This document shows positions 20,913-30,132 of a stretch of DNA of 64,000 bases, one piece after another; position 1 is the first letter of the stretch, and the number at the start of each line of letters is the position of its first letter. This stretch comes from an uncultured Acidobacteriota bacterium. Its GTDB lineage: Bacteria; Acidobacteriota; Polarisedimenticolia; J045. The notes under the pieces were generated by a model, which worked only from the letters and a program-made list of their open reading frames with translations, made no database searches and had not been told where the DNA came from. The translations under genes were made by a program, and so were the position numbers. Location of the stretch: NCBI GenBank assembly GCA_963702425.1, contig CAVPCQ010000003.1, positions 54,685 to 118,684 of the forward strand, in the 5' to 3' direction.

Positions 20913-21383
20913 GTGGCGGCCGGGGCCGCGCTGGTCGTCGCCGCCGTCGGCCGCACGCGCCGCGGCCCGTATCTCGAGCTGGAGCAGGACTACCTGGCGC
21001 GGATCGCGCGCCTCGCGCCGGTGCGGCGCGTGGCGGTCGCGCAGAGCCGGCGCGCGTCGGCCGCGGAGCGGCGGCGCGAGGAGGCGGGCGCGCTGCTGGC
21101 GCTGGCCCCGGCGCGCGGGACGCTGGTCGCGCTCGACCGGCGCGGGAAGGGCCTCGCGTCGGAGGAACTCGCCGCGCGGCTCGCGCGCTGGCGCGAACGG
21201 GGCGAAGTGGTCTTCGCGGTCGGCGGCCCCGACGGGCTGGACGACGCGGTGCTGGAGGCCGCCGGGTTCACGCTGGCCTTCGGGACGATGACGCTGCCGC
21301 ACGAGCTGGCGCTGACCGTGCTGCTCGAGCAACTCTTTCGCGCACTGTCGGACGCGGCCGGTCACCCCTACGGGAAGCATTAG
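20913..21383 (+). CDS. rlmH: 23S rRNA (pseudouridine1915-N3)-methyltransferase
   Basis: LDRRGK..SEELA..FAVGGPDG..MTLPHELA..EQLFRA..HPY. Confidence 0.9.
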   Translation: MAAGAALVVAAVGRTRRGPYLELEQDYLARIARLAPVRRVAVAQSRRASAAERRREEAGALLALAPARGTLVALDRRGKGLASEELAARLARWRERGEVVFAVGGPDGLDDAVLEAAGFTLAFGTMTLPHELALTVLLEQLFRALSDAAGHPYGKH

Positions 21384-21416
21384 CGGGCGAGAGGCGCCGC
21401 GCTCGGCGCCGCGTCC

Positions 21417-21490
21417 GTAGGCGCCGGCCTCCGTGCCGGCCCGCTTTCGCGTTCGGGCCAGACCGGGCCGGCACGGAGGCCGGCCCCTAC
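21417..21490. repeat. inverted pair of GTAG-type REP-like elements
   Basis: GTAGGCGCCGGCCTCCGTGCCGGCCC ... GGGCCGGCACGGAGGCCGGCCCCTAC; another copy at ~50580-50604. Confidence 0.7.
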
Positions 21491-21536
21491 AGGCGTGCCA
21501 CGTGCATCCAGCGGGTGCACAGAGTCGGTGCGAGCG

Positions 21537-22085
21537 TCAGGGCAGGCAGGCGATCCGGCGGCCGCGCTGCTCGAGGAAGCGCTTGACGTTGTCGCGCAGG
21601 CGGTGCTGGTCGGCCTCGCTCATCCACGGGTTGGCGAGGTGCTCGACGACGTCCTCCGGCGTCATGCCGAGGCGGCAGCCTTCCTCGACCGCGACCGCGT
21701 ACCCCTCGATCTCGGTCCAGCGATCGACGTAGGCGGAGCCGCGGTCCCACAGGTCGGCCCCCTCGAGGTGCTGCCGGACGTGGGTCAGCTCGTGCAGCAG
21801 GTCGAGGTAAAGGTCGAGATCGCTGCCGGTGCGGTAGTACTCGTGCGTGACGACGATGCACGGCACGTCGTCGTCGACCCAGCAGTAGCCGTCCTCCTCG
21901 GCGATTTCGACCCGGGACGTGCGGAGCAGCAGCTCGGCCGGGTGGGCCGACGATCCGATCCGGGCCAGCGCCGGGCTCTCCGCGGCGCGGGGCAGGAGGT
22001 CGAGATAGGCGTGCATGCCGGGGCCCAGCGTCCGGTGGACGAGCGCGTAGGACGGGAGCTGGATCGCCTTCGCCACGGTCGGCAT
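21537..22085 (-). CDS. hypothetical protein with HExxH (zincin-like) motif
   Basis: YLDLLHELTHVRQ..TEIEGY. Confidence 0.7.
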   Translation of the reverse strand: MPTVAKAIQLPSYALVHRTLGPGMHAYLDLLPRAAESPALARIGSSAHPAELLLRTSRVEIAEEDGYCWVDDDVPCIVVTHEYYRTGSDLDLYLDLLHELTHVRQHLEGADLWDRGSAYVDRWTEIEGYAVAVEEGCRLGMTPEDVVEHLANPWMSEADQHRLRDNVKRFLEQRGRRIACLP

Positions 22086-22224
22086 CCTCGTCGCGGGGAG
22101 CCGGAAGCCTAGCCGATCCGGTCCCGGCGCGCCGCCGCCGCGGACCCGCCTCCGGCGACGCCGCAGCCGACCGCCGCGAACCCGCGCCCGCGCCGCTCTC
22201 CGGGCATACAATGCCGGCTCGTCG

Positions 22225-23163
22225 ATGCGCCCTTCCCGCCCCCCATCGCTCCCCGCGTTCGCCGCTGCTGCTGCCGTCGCCGCGCTTCTCGTCGCCGGCT
22301 GCGGGTCCGCGCGGCGCGAGCTCCCTGCGCTGCCCCTCCCGCCGGCTCCCCCCACCGTCGAGGTCGCCCCGCGGATCGGCCTCGCGCTCGGCGGCGGCGG
22401 GGCGCGCGGGTTCGCCGAGGTCGGCGTGCTCCGCGTGCTGGCCGAGGAGCGGATCCCGGTCTCGATCATCGCCGGGACCTCGGTCGGCGCGCTGATCGGC
22501 GCGCTCTACGCCGACAAGCCGACCGTGTTCGACATCGAGTACGAGGCGCTGGCGATCGAGGAGTCCGACCTGCTCGACCGTTCGCTGCTCTCGCTGATCT
22601 CGGGCGGCGGCTACGCCAAGGGGGAGCGGATCGAGTCCTACCTCGACACCCGCCTGGCGCACGCCGCGATCGAGGACCTGCCGCTGCGCTTCGCCGCGAT
22701 CGCGACGGATCTGCACAGCGGCGCGACGGTCGCCTTCGAGCGCGGACCGGTCGCGCGGGCGGTGCGCGCGTCGGCCGCGATCCCGGGGATCTTCGCGCCG
22801 GTCGAGATCGACGGGCAGCTCTACGTCGACGGCGGCGTGAGCAACCCGGTGCCGGCCGACGTCGCGCGGCGGATGGGGGCCGAGGTCGTGATCGCGGTCT
22901 CGATCCCGCGCGAGATCCCCGCGAAGGCGCCGCGGACGCAGGTCGGGATCGCGATGCAGGCGATCGGGATCATGGCCGCCGAAATCAGCCGCTGCCGCGA
23001 GCGCGAGGCCGACGTCGTCCTCAGCCCCGAAGTCGGCGACGTCGCGTTCGACGACTTCTCCCAGAAACGGCGGCTGATCGAGGCCGGCATGGCCGCGACC
23101 CGGGCCGCGTTGCCGGAGATCCGCCGCGCGATCGCGGCCAAGACGAAGAGGGTTCCCCAGTGA
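22225..23163 (+). CDS. patatin-like phospholipase, lipoprotein
   Basis: Lipobox LVAGC; GGGARG, GTSVG, DGG motifs. Confidence 0.9.
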   Translation: MRPSRPPSLPAFAAAAAVAALLVAGCGSARRELPALPLPPAPPTVEVAPRIGLALGGGGARGFAEVGVLRVLAEERIPVSIIAGTSVGALIGALYADKPTVFDIEYEALAIEESDLLDRSLLSLISGGGYAKGERIESYLDTRLAHAAIEDLPLRFAAIATDLHSGATVAFERGPVARAVRASAAIPGIFAPVEIDGQLYVDGGVSNPVPADVARRMGAEVVIAVSIPREIPAKAPRTQVGIAMQAIGIMAAEISRCREREADVVLSPEVGDVAFDDFSQKRRLIEAGMAATRAALPEIRRAIAAKTKRVPQ

Positions 23164-23702
23164 CCGACCAGAGCGAGCCGAAGGCGGGCCGGCGCGGTGC
23201 CCCGCTCCACCGGATCGAGCCGAAGGAGTGGTCGACGCGGCCGTTCCACGTGCTCAACGAGCAGTGGGCGCTGCTGGTCGGCGGGGAGCATCGTCCCAAC
23301 CCGATGACGATCAGCTGGGGCGGCTTCGGAACCCTCTGGGAGCTACCGGTGGTGACCGTCTTCGTCCGGCCGGTGCGCCACACCTACGGGCTGCTCAACG
23401 AGAGCCCCTTCTTCACCGTCAACTTCATGCCCGAGCCGTTCCACCGGGCGCTCGAGATCTGCGGCGAGGTCTCCGGCCGGGACGTCGACAAGTGGGCGGC
23501 GACCGGGATCCACCCGCTCGCCGGCGGGGTCGTCCCCGTGCCGCGGGTGGCCGAAGCGCGGACGGCGATCGAGTGCCGGGTCCTGGCCCACCTCGAGATC
23601 GACCCGGCGCGCTTTCTCGACCCGGCGATCGACCGGCACTACCCCGCGGCCGACTACCACCGGGCCTTCATCGGCGAGGTGCTGGCGGTCTGGGTCCGCT
23701 GA
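23160..23702 (+). CDS. flavin reductase-like protein
   Basis: NPMTISWGG..VFVRPVRHT..CGEVSGRDVDK. Confidence 0.85.
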   Translation: MTDQSEPKAGRRGAPLHRIEPKEWSTRPFHVLNEQWALLVGGEHRPNPMTISWGGFGTLWELPVVTVFVRPVRHTYGLLNESPFFTVNFMPEPFHRALEICGEVSGRDVDKWAATGIHPLAGGVVPVPRVAEARTAIECRVLAHLEIDPARFLDPAIDRHYPAADYHRAFIGEVLAVWVR

Positions 23703-23785
23703 CGGGACGCCGCTCCCGGCCGCGGGACGCAACCCCGGCGCGTTGCTTGACCGCGTTGCAGCCGGGGGCTTAGTCTCGCCGCGCG

Positions 23786-25160
23786 ATGCGCTTTCGGACG
23801 TTCGTTTCGGTGCTCGTCCTGCTCGGCCTGGCGGCGGGGGTGGTCTTCCTCCTGCGTCCCAACCGCGTCGTGCTCGAACAGCCCGTCGACGATCCTGGGA
23901 CGGTCGATCCCGGTCTGGGGGCTGGTGCTCGGCGCGCTGGCGCTGGGGATCCTGATCACGCTCTCGTTCCTCGTCTCGGGGCTGGGCCGCAAGGCAGTGG
24001 AGCGCGCCTTCTTCCTCTACAGCTCGCGCCACCGCCAGGCCGCCGGGCGGGCCCTCGAGCGCGGCAAGCAGGCCGAGCTGGACGAGCGGGAGGAGGACGC
24101 GATCGCCGCCTTCCGGGAGGCCGCCGACAAGGCACCCGACGACTACGACGCCCACATGCGGCTCGGCAACGTGCTGCGCCGGGCGGGGCGCCACTCCGAG
24201 GCCGTGCTGGCGCACGATCGGGCGCGACGCCTCGAGCCCGACGCCGACGAGCCGCTGCACGCGTTGGCGCTCGACCAGCTGGCGGCGGGAAACACGGCGG
24301 ACGCGCGCCGCACGCTGACCCGCCTGGTGGACCGCAATCCGCGCAGTGCGGTCGGGCCGCTGCGTCGGCTGCGGGACCTCGAGATTCGCGCCGGCAACTG
24401 GAGCGCGGCGTCGCGCGCGCAGCGCCGGCTCGAATCGCTGTTCTCGCGCACGCGGCAGCTTCCCGAGAACGACCGCCGCCAGGGCCTGGGGATCCGCACC
24501 GAGCTGGCGCGCGCCCGCGCGCTGGCCGGGCAGTCGCGCTCGTCGCTCGCGCTGCTGCGTCGCGTGCTGCGCGACGAGGCGACCTTCCTGCCGGCACGGG
24601 TGCTGCTGGCCGAGCTGCAGGCCGAATCGGGCGAGCACGATGAGGCCAAGGAGCTGCTGCAGGAGGGGTTCCTGCTGACCGGAGAGCCCGCGCTGCTCGA
24701 GGCGCTCGGCGAGCTGGACCTCGAGCGGGAGCGGCCGGACGACGCGATCTCGACCCTGCGCGGGATCGTCGCCTCGCGGCGCTGGCCCGCGGCCGCGCGG
24801 CTGGCGCTCGGCCAGCTCTACTCGCGGCTGGAGATGCTCGACGAGGCCGCCGTACCGTTCGAGGACCTGCTCGACACCCAGGGCGAGACGCCCTACGTGC
24901 AGTCCCTGCTGGCCCAGGTCGAAGAGCGCCGCGGCAACATCCACCGCGCGGCGCACCTCTACCGCTCGGTGCTGCAGGGGGGCGGCCGCGGCGTGCCGGC
25001 GGCTTTCTGCCGCGAGTGCCTGGCGGAGCTGCCGCACTGGGTCCCGCTCTGCCCGCAGTGCGGCGCGTTCGGCGCCGCCACCACGCGCACCTCGCCGGAC
25101 GAGATCACCCTCACCGGCCGGATCGCGAGCGCCCCGGTCTATCCTTCCAGCGAGATATGA
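23786..25160 (+). CDS. LapB(YciM)-like TPR protein with N-terminal LapA-like TM region; frameshift near 23885
   Basis: Two TM segments, TPR repeats, C-terminal CREC..WVPLCPQC rubredoxin-like motif; TTGACC-18-TAGTCT upstream. Confidence 0.75.
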
Positions 25161-25918
25161 GCCCCGGCCTGGGCTGGATCGCGAAGGCGCTCGACGAGCT
25201 GGCTCCGGCGCTGGCGCTGTTCTGGCCCGGCCCCTGCTTCGCCTGCGGCGCCGACCTGCCGCTGGCGGCGGAAGCGGGGGCCTGTCCGGGCTGCTGGGCC
25301 GCGATGCCGCGCCGCGTGGGGCCGGGATGCCCGGTCTGCGACCTCCCCGGCGCGTCGATCGCCTCCCCGCTCGACTGCCCCGACTGCGACGCGGCGCGGG
25401 CTGCCGCGCTCGACGGTGCGGGCTCGCTGGCCGGCTTGGTCGCCGCGTTCGAGTACCGCGACGCGGTCGTGGCGTTCCACCGACGCTTCAAGTTCGGCGG
25501 CGACGCGGCCCTGGCGCGCCCGCTGGGCCGCGCGATGGCGGCCGCGTGGGCGGCGCGCGGCGACGGGCGCCCTCAGCTCGTCGTCCCGGTGCCGCCGGAC
25601 CCGCTGCGCTGGTCGGTGCGGCGGCGCGCGCCGCGGCGGCTGGCGCGTGCCGTGGCGCGGGCCCTCGCGCTCCCGGTCGCGCCGGGGGCGCTGACCAAGC
25701 GCCGCCCGACGCGGGCGCAGACCGCGGCGGTGGGTGCGGCGCGGCGGACGGCACTCGCCGGCGCCTTCGCCGCGCGGGAGCCGCTGGTCCGCGGGCGCTT
25801 CGTGCTGGTCGTGGACGACGTGGCAACGACCGGTTCGACCCTGCGCGAGGCGGCCCGCGCGCTGGCGGCGGCGGGCGCCGAGCGGGTCGTCGGTCTGGTG
25901 CTGGCGCGGCGGCCTTGA
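25157..25918 (+). CDS. ComF-family amidophosphoribosyltransferase-like protein
   Basis: N-terminal CxxC repeats; LVVDDVATTGSTL PRPP-binding motif. Confidence 0.88.
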   Translation: MSPGLGWIAKALDELAPALALFWPGPCFACGADLPLAAEAGACPGCWAAMPRRVGPGCPVCDLPGASIASPLDCPDCDAARAAALDGAGSLAGLVAAFEYRDAVVAFHRRFKFGGDAALARPLGRAMAAAWAARGDGRPQLVVPVPPDPLRWSVRRRAPRRLARAVARALALPVAPGALTKRRPTRAQTAAVGAARRTALAGAFAAREPLVRGRFVLVVDDVATTGSTLREAARALAAAGAERVVGLVLARRP

Positions 25919-26022
25919 GGCGGCCCCCCCGCCGCGGCGGCCCTGAGGCGGCCCTCGCCATGGCGCCCCCCCGGTCGCGAGGCTAGGATCGCCGCCGTTT
26001 CTCCCCTCGAGGAATCGCCCCC

Positions 26023-26988
26023 ATGACCCGCACCCCGCCCCTTCGCTCCCGCCGGCTCGGCCTCGCCCTCGTCCCCGCCGCGCTCGCCGCCGCGAGCCTG
26101 GCCGCCGCCATCGCGGCCGCTCCCCCGGCCGCCGCGCCGCCCCAGGCCGCGGCGAACATCGCGCTCGACGGGTTCGTCTTCGAGTCGGGCCAGCCGGTCG
26201 CCGGCCAGCTCGTCGTGCGCAACGACGGCGGCGGCTGGCTGAAGGTCGACGACCTCGGCGACATCGCTTCGTCGCTGCGTGTGACGCTGCCCGGAGGCGA
26301 GGAGATCAAGCCGACACACGCCGACGCGTTCGGCGCGGCCAGGACGAAGGAACTCGGTCCCGGCGGGTTCGTGGGCGTGAAGTTCGATCTGCTCGCGATG
26401 TTCCCCCAGCTGACCAAGGAGGGGAGCTACAAGCTGGCCCTCAGGCGCAGCGGGATGCCGTCGCCGAGCGTCGCGTTCCGCGTCATCCCCGCGTTCGACC
26501 CGGCCAAGGCCTACCGCCTCCTGCTCGGCACGCCCGACGGCGAAGTGACGATCGACCTGGCGCGCGACGCCCCGCAGTCGGTGCGCACGCTGGTGACGCT
26601 GGTACGCACCGGCTTCTACGAGAAGGCGACGATCGGCGCACTCCGCCCGGGTTTCGCCCTCTCGATCGTCTCGGCCCAGCCGAGGGGACCGCGCATCGAG
26701 TCGGCGGAGCGGACGACCCGCGAGCTCCTGGCGGGCACGGTCGTGCTCGAACCCGGCGTTCCGGACGCCGCGGGGCTACCCACCTACAACGAGCCGGTGC
26801 TGCTGGTGCTGCTCGCGCCGCGGCCGGACTGGCAGGGGCGCGTGACGGCGGTCGGTCAGCTGGCCGGCAGCGACGAGGCGCTCTCGAAACTGATCCAGCG
26901 CCCGACCAGCGGCGAACGCGGGCTACCGCCGTGGAAGCCGGTCGCCCCGCTCACGCTCGAGTCGGTGCGGGTGGTCGAGAGCCCGTAG
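26023..26988 (+). CDS. secreted protein with a degenerate cyclophilin-like domain
   Basis: Signal peptide; GEVTIDL..DAPQSVRTLVTLVRTGFYE; catalytic motifs are poorly conserved. Confidence 0.6.
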   Translation: MTRTPPLRSRRLGLALVPAALAAASLAAAIAAAPPAAAPPQAAANIALDGFVFESGQPVAGQLVVRNDGGGWLKVDDLGDIASSLRVTLPGGEEIKPTHADAFGAARTKELGPGGFVGVKFDLLAMFPQLTKEGSYKLALRRSGMPSPSVAFRVIPAFDPAKAYRLLLGTPDGEVTIDLARDAPQSVRTLVTLVRTGFYEKATIGALRPGFALSIVSAQPRGPRIESAERTTRELLAGTVVLEPGVPDAAGLPTYNEPVLLVLLAPRPDWQGRVTAVGQLAGSDEALSKLIQRPTSGERGLPPWKPVAPLTLESVRVVESP

Positions 26989-28648
26989 CGGCCTCCACGA
27001 TCGCGACCAGCTCTTTCAGGCCGAAGGGCTTCGCGACGAAGCCCAACGCGCCCTCGGCCAGCATCCGTCGCAGCGGCTCGCCGGGACGCGAACCGGAGGC
27101 GACGACGACCCGCACGGTCGGGTCGAACGCGCGCAGCGCGCGGAAGGTCTCGGCACCGGAGAGTTCCGGCATCAGCAGGTCGAGCAGCACCAGGTCGTAG
27201 CGGCACCCGGCACGGTAGAGATCGACCGCGGCCTTCCCCGACGGGACCGCGAGCGGGCGCCAGCCGACCCCCGCCAGGAGTGCTGCCACCGTCTCGCGAA
27301 CCGACGCATCGTCGTCGACGAGCAGGACGCTGACAGCGGCCGGCAACGCCTTGCCCTCCGGTGCGACGCGCTGCCCCGCCGGCAGGTAGAGGTCGGCCGC
27401 CTCGAGTCGCCCGCGAACCGGGTCCCAGCGCAGCTCGAGGTAGCCGCCGTGCGCCTTCGCCGCCGCGAGCGCGGCCTGGAGCGCCGGCTCGCCGACCGGT
27501 ACCGGGCCCGGTTCCGGATCGACCCGCGGTACGTGGCCCCGCGCCGCCGCGAGCGCGAACCGGACGAACCGGCCGGCGCGCGCGCCCGGGCGCGTTGCCG
27601 CGAACTCGGTCCCGAGGGTGACCGGCGTCACGCCGACGTCGATTCCGCAGGGTGGATCGGCGCACGGCGCGAGCGCCTGCACTAGGTCGTCGAGGCTGGG
27701 CGCGATCAGTGCCGGGTCGACGGTGACCTCGGATGCGGTCTCGGTCGCGAGCCGCAGCGTGATGCCGTCCGGCAGCCAGCCGCGCCAGGCCCCGGCCCTG
27801 AGCGTGACCAGGTCGGCGGCGCGCATCGTGCGCCGCGCCGGCACGGGCGGCTCGCCGAGCAGCCGCGCCAGGCGCGCGGCGAGCCCGCGCGCGCGGCCCA
27901 ATTCGGCGGAAAAGCCGCCGAGGTAGGCCGTCAGCACGGGGTCGCGCGCGGCGCGGCGTGCCGCAAGCTCTGCCAGCGGCGCCGCGTGGTCGAGAAAGTC
28001 GGAGAGCGCCTGCGCGATCCCGGCCGCCAGCGCGTCCGCGCGCCGGTCCCGCTCGGGGGGCGGCTCGTGGAGCGCGCCGCCGTCGTAGGACCGCGGGGTG
28101 AGCATGGCGCTGCCGGGCACTTCCTCGCGTGCGGGCTCCGCTGTGGCAGGCAGCGCATCCAGGGCACCGGGCGCGTCGGGTGCGGCCTGTTGCGCAGCCG
28201 GTCCGGAGGCCGTGGGCCCCGGCTCGACGGGCCCGGGCTCGCGAGCGAGGAGGGCACTCACGGCGGCCCCGGCCAGCCGGTCGACGAAGCCGCGCGCGTT
28301 GCGCTTGTCGAGGATCGCGGCGACCCGCGCGCCCTGCATCGGCCGCGCGGGGTGCTCGGCGTCGGCGATCAGCACGACCGGCGGAGCGGCCCCGTCGACG
28401 CGCGACAACCAGTTCCGGGCGTCGTCGATCGCGGCCGTGGAGCAGACGAGCAGATCGAAGTGCTCGGCCGCGAACGCCCCGGCCTGCTGCGGACGGGTGC
28501 GAACGTCCGCGTCGGGCCATGCGCGCTCGAGCGCCTCGCGCACGACCTCCGCGTGGTCGGGATGCGGCTCGAGCAGCAGGATGCGCGGTGCGGCCGGCGG
28601 CGCGTCTGCGTCGCGGGCGCTCCGACCGGTCTCGTCCTGCCAAGCCAC
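26951..28648 (-). CDS. hybrid sensor-kinase-like protein with degenerate kinase core and intact C-terminal receiver
   Basis: C-terminal VLLVDDD..DLVLLDLLMP..ASG..KPF; H-box-like LAAGIAQ; GTG at 28648 with GGGGAG upstream. Confidence 0.7.
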   Translation of the reverse strand: MAWQDETGRSARDADAPPAAPRILLLEPHPDHAEVVREALERAWPDADVRTRPQQAGAFAAEHFDLLVCSTAAIDDARNWLSRVDGAAPPVVLIADAEHPARPMQGARVAAILDKRNARGFVDRLAGAAVSALLAREPGPVEPGPTASGPAAQQAAPDAPGALDALPATAEPAREEVPGSAMLTPRSYDGGALHEPPPERDRRADALAAGIAQALSDFLDHAAPLAELAARRAARDPVLTAYLGGFSAELGRARGLAARLARLLGEPPVPARRTMRAADLVTLRAGAWRGWLPDGITLRLATETASEVTVDPALIAPSLDDLVQALAPCADPPCGIDVGVTPVTLGTEFAATRPGARAGRFVRFALAAARGHVPRVDPEPGPVPVGEPALQAALAAAKAHGGYLELRWDPVRGRLEAADLYLPAGQRVAPEGKALPAAVSVLLVDDDASVRETVAALLAGVGWRPLAVPSGKAAVDLYRAGCRYDLVLLDLLMPELSGAETFRALRAFDPTVRVVVASGSRPGEPLRRMLAEGALGFVAKPFGLKELVAIVEAATGSRPPAPTRA

Positions 28649-28752
28649 CAGTCCCGGACTCCCCGAGGTGATGGTGCCCGCGGCGCGCCGCGAACACAAC
28701 CCCGTCGTCGCGGTGCTCCGGGCGGCAGCGATCGCCGTACGGGTCGTCCGCC

Positions 28753-30090
28753 TCAGTCGTCTCCGCCCCGGCGCTCCCACAGGTGCTCTCGCGTTTCCGC
28801 CACGATGACGCCCGACAGCAGCAGCAGCGAGACCAGGTTCGGCACCGCCATCAAGCCGTTGGCGATGTCGGCGAACGACCAGACCGCCGGCAGCGAGGCG
28901 ACCGAGCCGACCATGACCGCGACGACCCAGAGCAGCCGGTACGGGACGATCGCCCGCACGCCGAACAGGTACTCGGCCGCCCTCTCCCCGTAGTAACTCC
29001 AGCCCAGGATCGTCGAGAAGACGAAGGTGAGCAGGCCGACCGTCAGCACGGTCGGGCCGATCCAGGGGATGTGCGAGAAGGCGGCGTGGGTCAGCTCCGC
29101 GCCCTTCATCCCCCGGGCCCAGTCGCCGGTGTTGACGACCACGAGCCCGGTCATCGCGCAGACGACGACCGTGTCCCAGAAGGTTCCGGTCGAGGAAACC
29201 AGCGCCTGCCGGACCGGGTTGGCGGTCCGTGCCGCAGCCGCGACGATCGGAGCGCTCCCCAGCCCCGACTCGTTGGAGAACAGCCCGCGCGCGACCCCGT
29301 AGCGCAGCGCCTCGCGCATCGTCGCGCCGGCGAAGCCACCGGCCGCGGCCTGCCCCGTGAAGGCGCTGGAGACGATCAGGGAGATGGCCTCGGGGAGCGT
29401 CTCCCAGCCCATCACCAGCAGGATCGCGCAGCCCGCGACGTAGAAGATCGCCATGAACGGGACCAGCCCCTCGCAGACCCGCGCGATCGACTGGATCCCG
29501 CCCAGGATCACGACCGCGGTGAGCGCGGTCATCAGCGCGCCGCTGACCCAGGGGGAGACCCCGAACGAGGTCCTGACCATCGACGAGATCGAGTTGGCCT
29601 GGACCATGTTGCCGATCCCGAAGGCGGCGACCGCGGTCAGCCCGGCGAAGATCAGGCCCAGCCAGCGCATCCCGAGCGCGCGCTCGAGCACGTACATCGG
29701 CCCGCCGGCCATCATCCCGCGCTCGTCCTTGATCCGGTACTTCACCGACAGGAGAGCCTCGGAGTACTTGGTCGCGATTCCGAAGACGCCCGTCAGCCAC
29801 ATCCAGAGCACGGCGCCCGGACCGCCGAGCGAGACGGCGGTGGCGACGCCGACGATGTTGCCGGTGCCGATCGTCGCCGCCAGCGCGGTGGTCAGCGCGC
29901 CGAACTGGCTGACGTCCCCTTCCGCGCCGTGGTCGGCCTTGACCGAGAGCCGGATCGCGCGCCCCAGGTAGCGCTGGATGACGCGCGTGCGGAGCGTCAG
30001 GTAGAGGTGGGTGCCGACGAGCAGGATCAGCAGCGGCGGCCCCCAGACCCAGTCCGCGATCTTCGCGAGCAGCGCTTCGAGCTCGTGCAT
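28753..30090 (-). CDS. alanine/glycine:cation symporter (AgcS family)
   Basis: LAATIGTGNIVGVA, GGPGAVLWMW, GVARGLFSNESGLGS. Confidence 0.93.
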   Translation of the reverse strand: MHELEALLAKIADWVWGPPLLILLVGTHLYLTLRTRVIQRYLGRAIRLSVKADHGAEGDVSQFGALTTALAATIGTGNIVGVATAVSLGGPGAVLWMWLTGVFGIATKYSEALLSVKYRIKDERGMMAGGPMYVLERALGMRWLGLIFAGLTAVAAFGIGNMVQANSISSMVRTSFGVSPWVSGALMTALTAVVILGGIQSIARVCEGLVPFMAIFYVAGCAILLVMGWETLPEAISLIVSSAFTGQAAAGGFAGATMREALRYGVARGLFSNESGLGSAPIVAAAARTANPVRQALVSSTGTFWDTVVVCAMTGLVVVNTGDWARGMKGAELTHAAFSHIPWIGPTVLTVGLLTFVFSTILGWSYYGERAAEYLFGVRAIVPYRLLWVVAVMVGSVASLPAVWSFADIANGLMAVPNLVSLLLLSGVIVAETREHLWERRGGDD

Positions 30091-30132
30091 GGGCTCTTCT
30101 CCCGGGCGCTGCCGGCCGCGCGGGGGCGCGCG

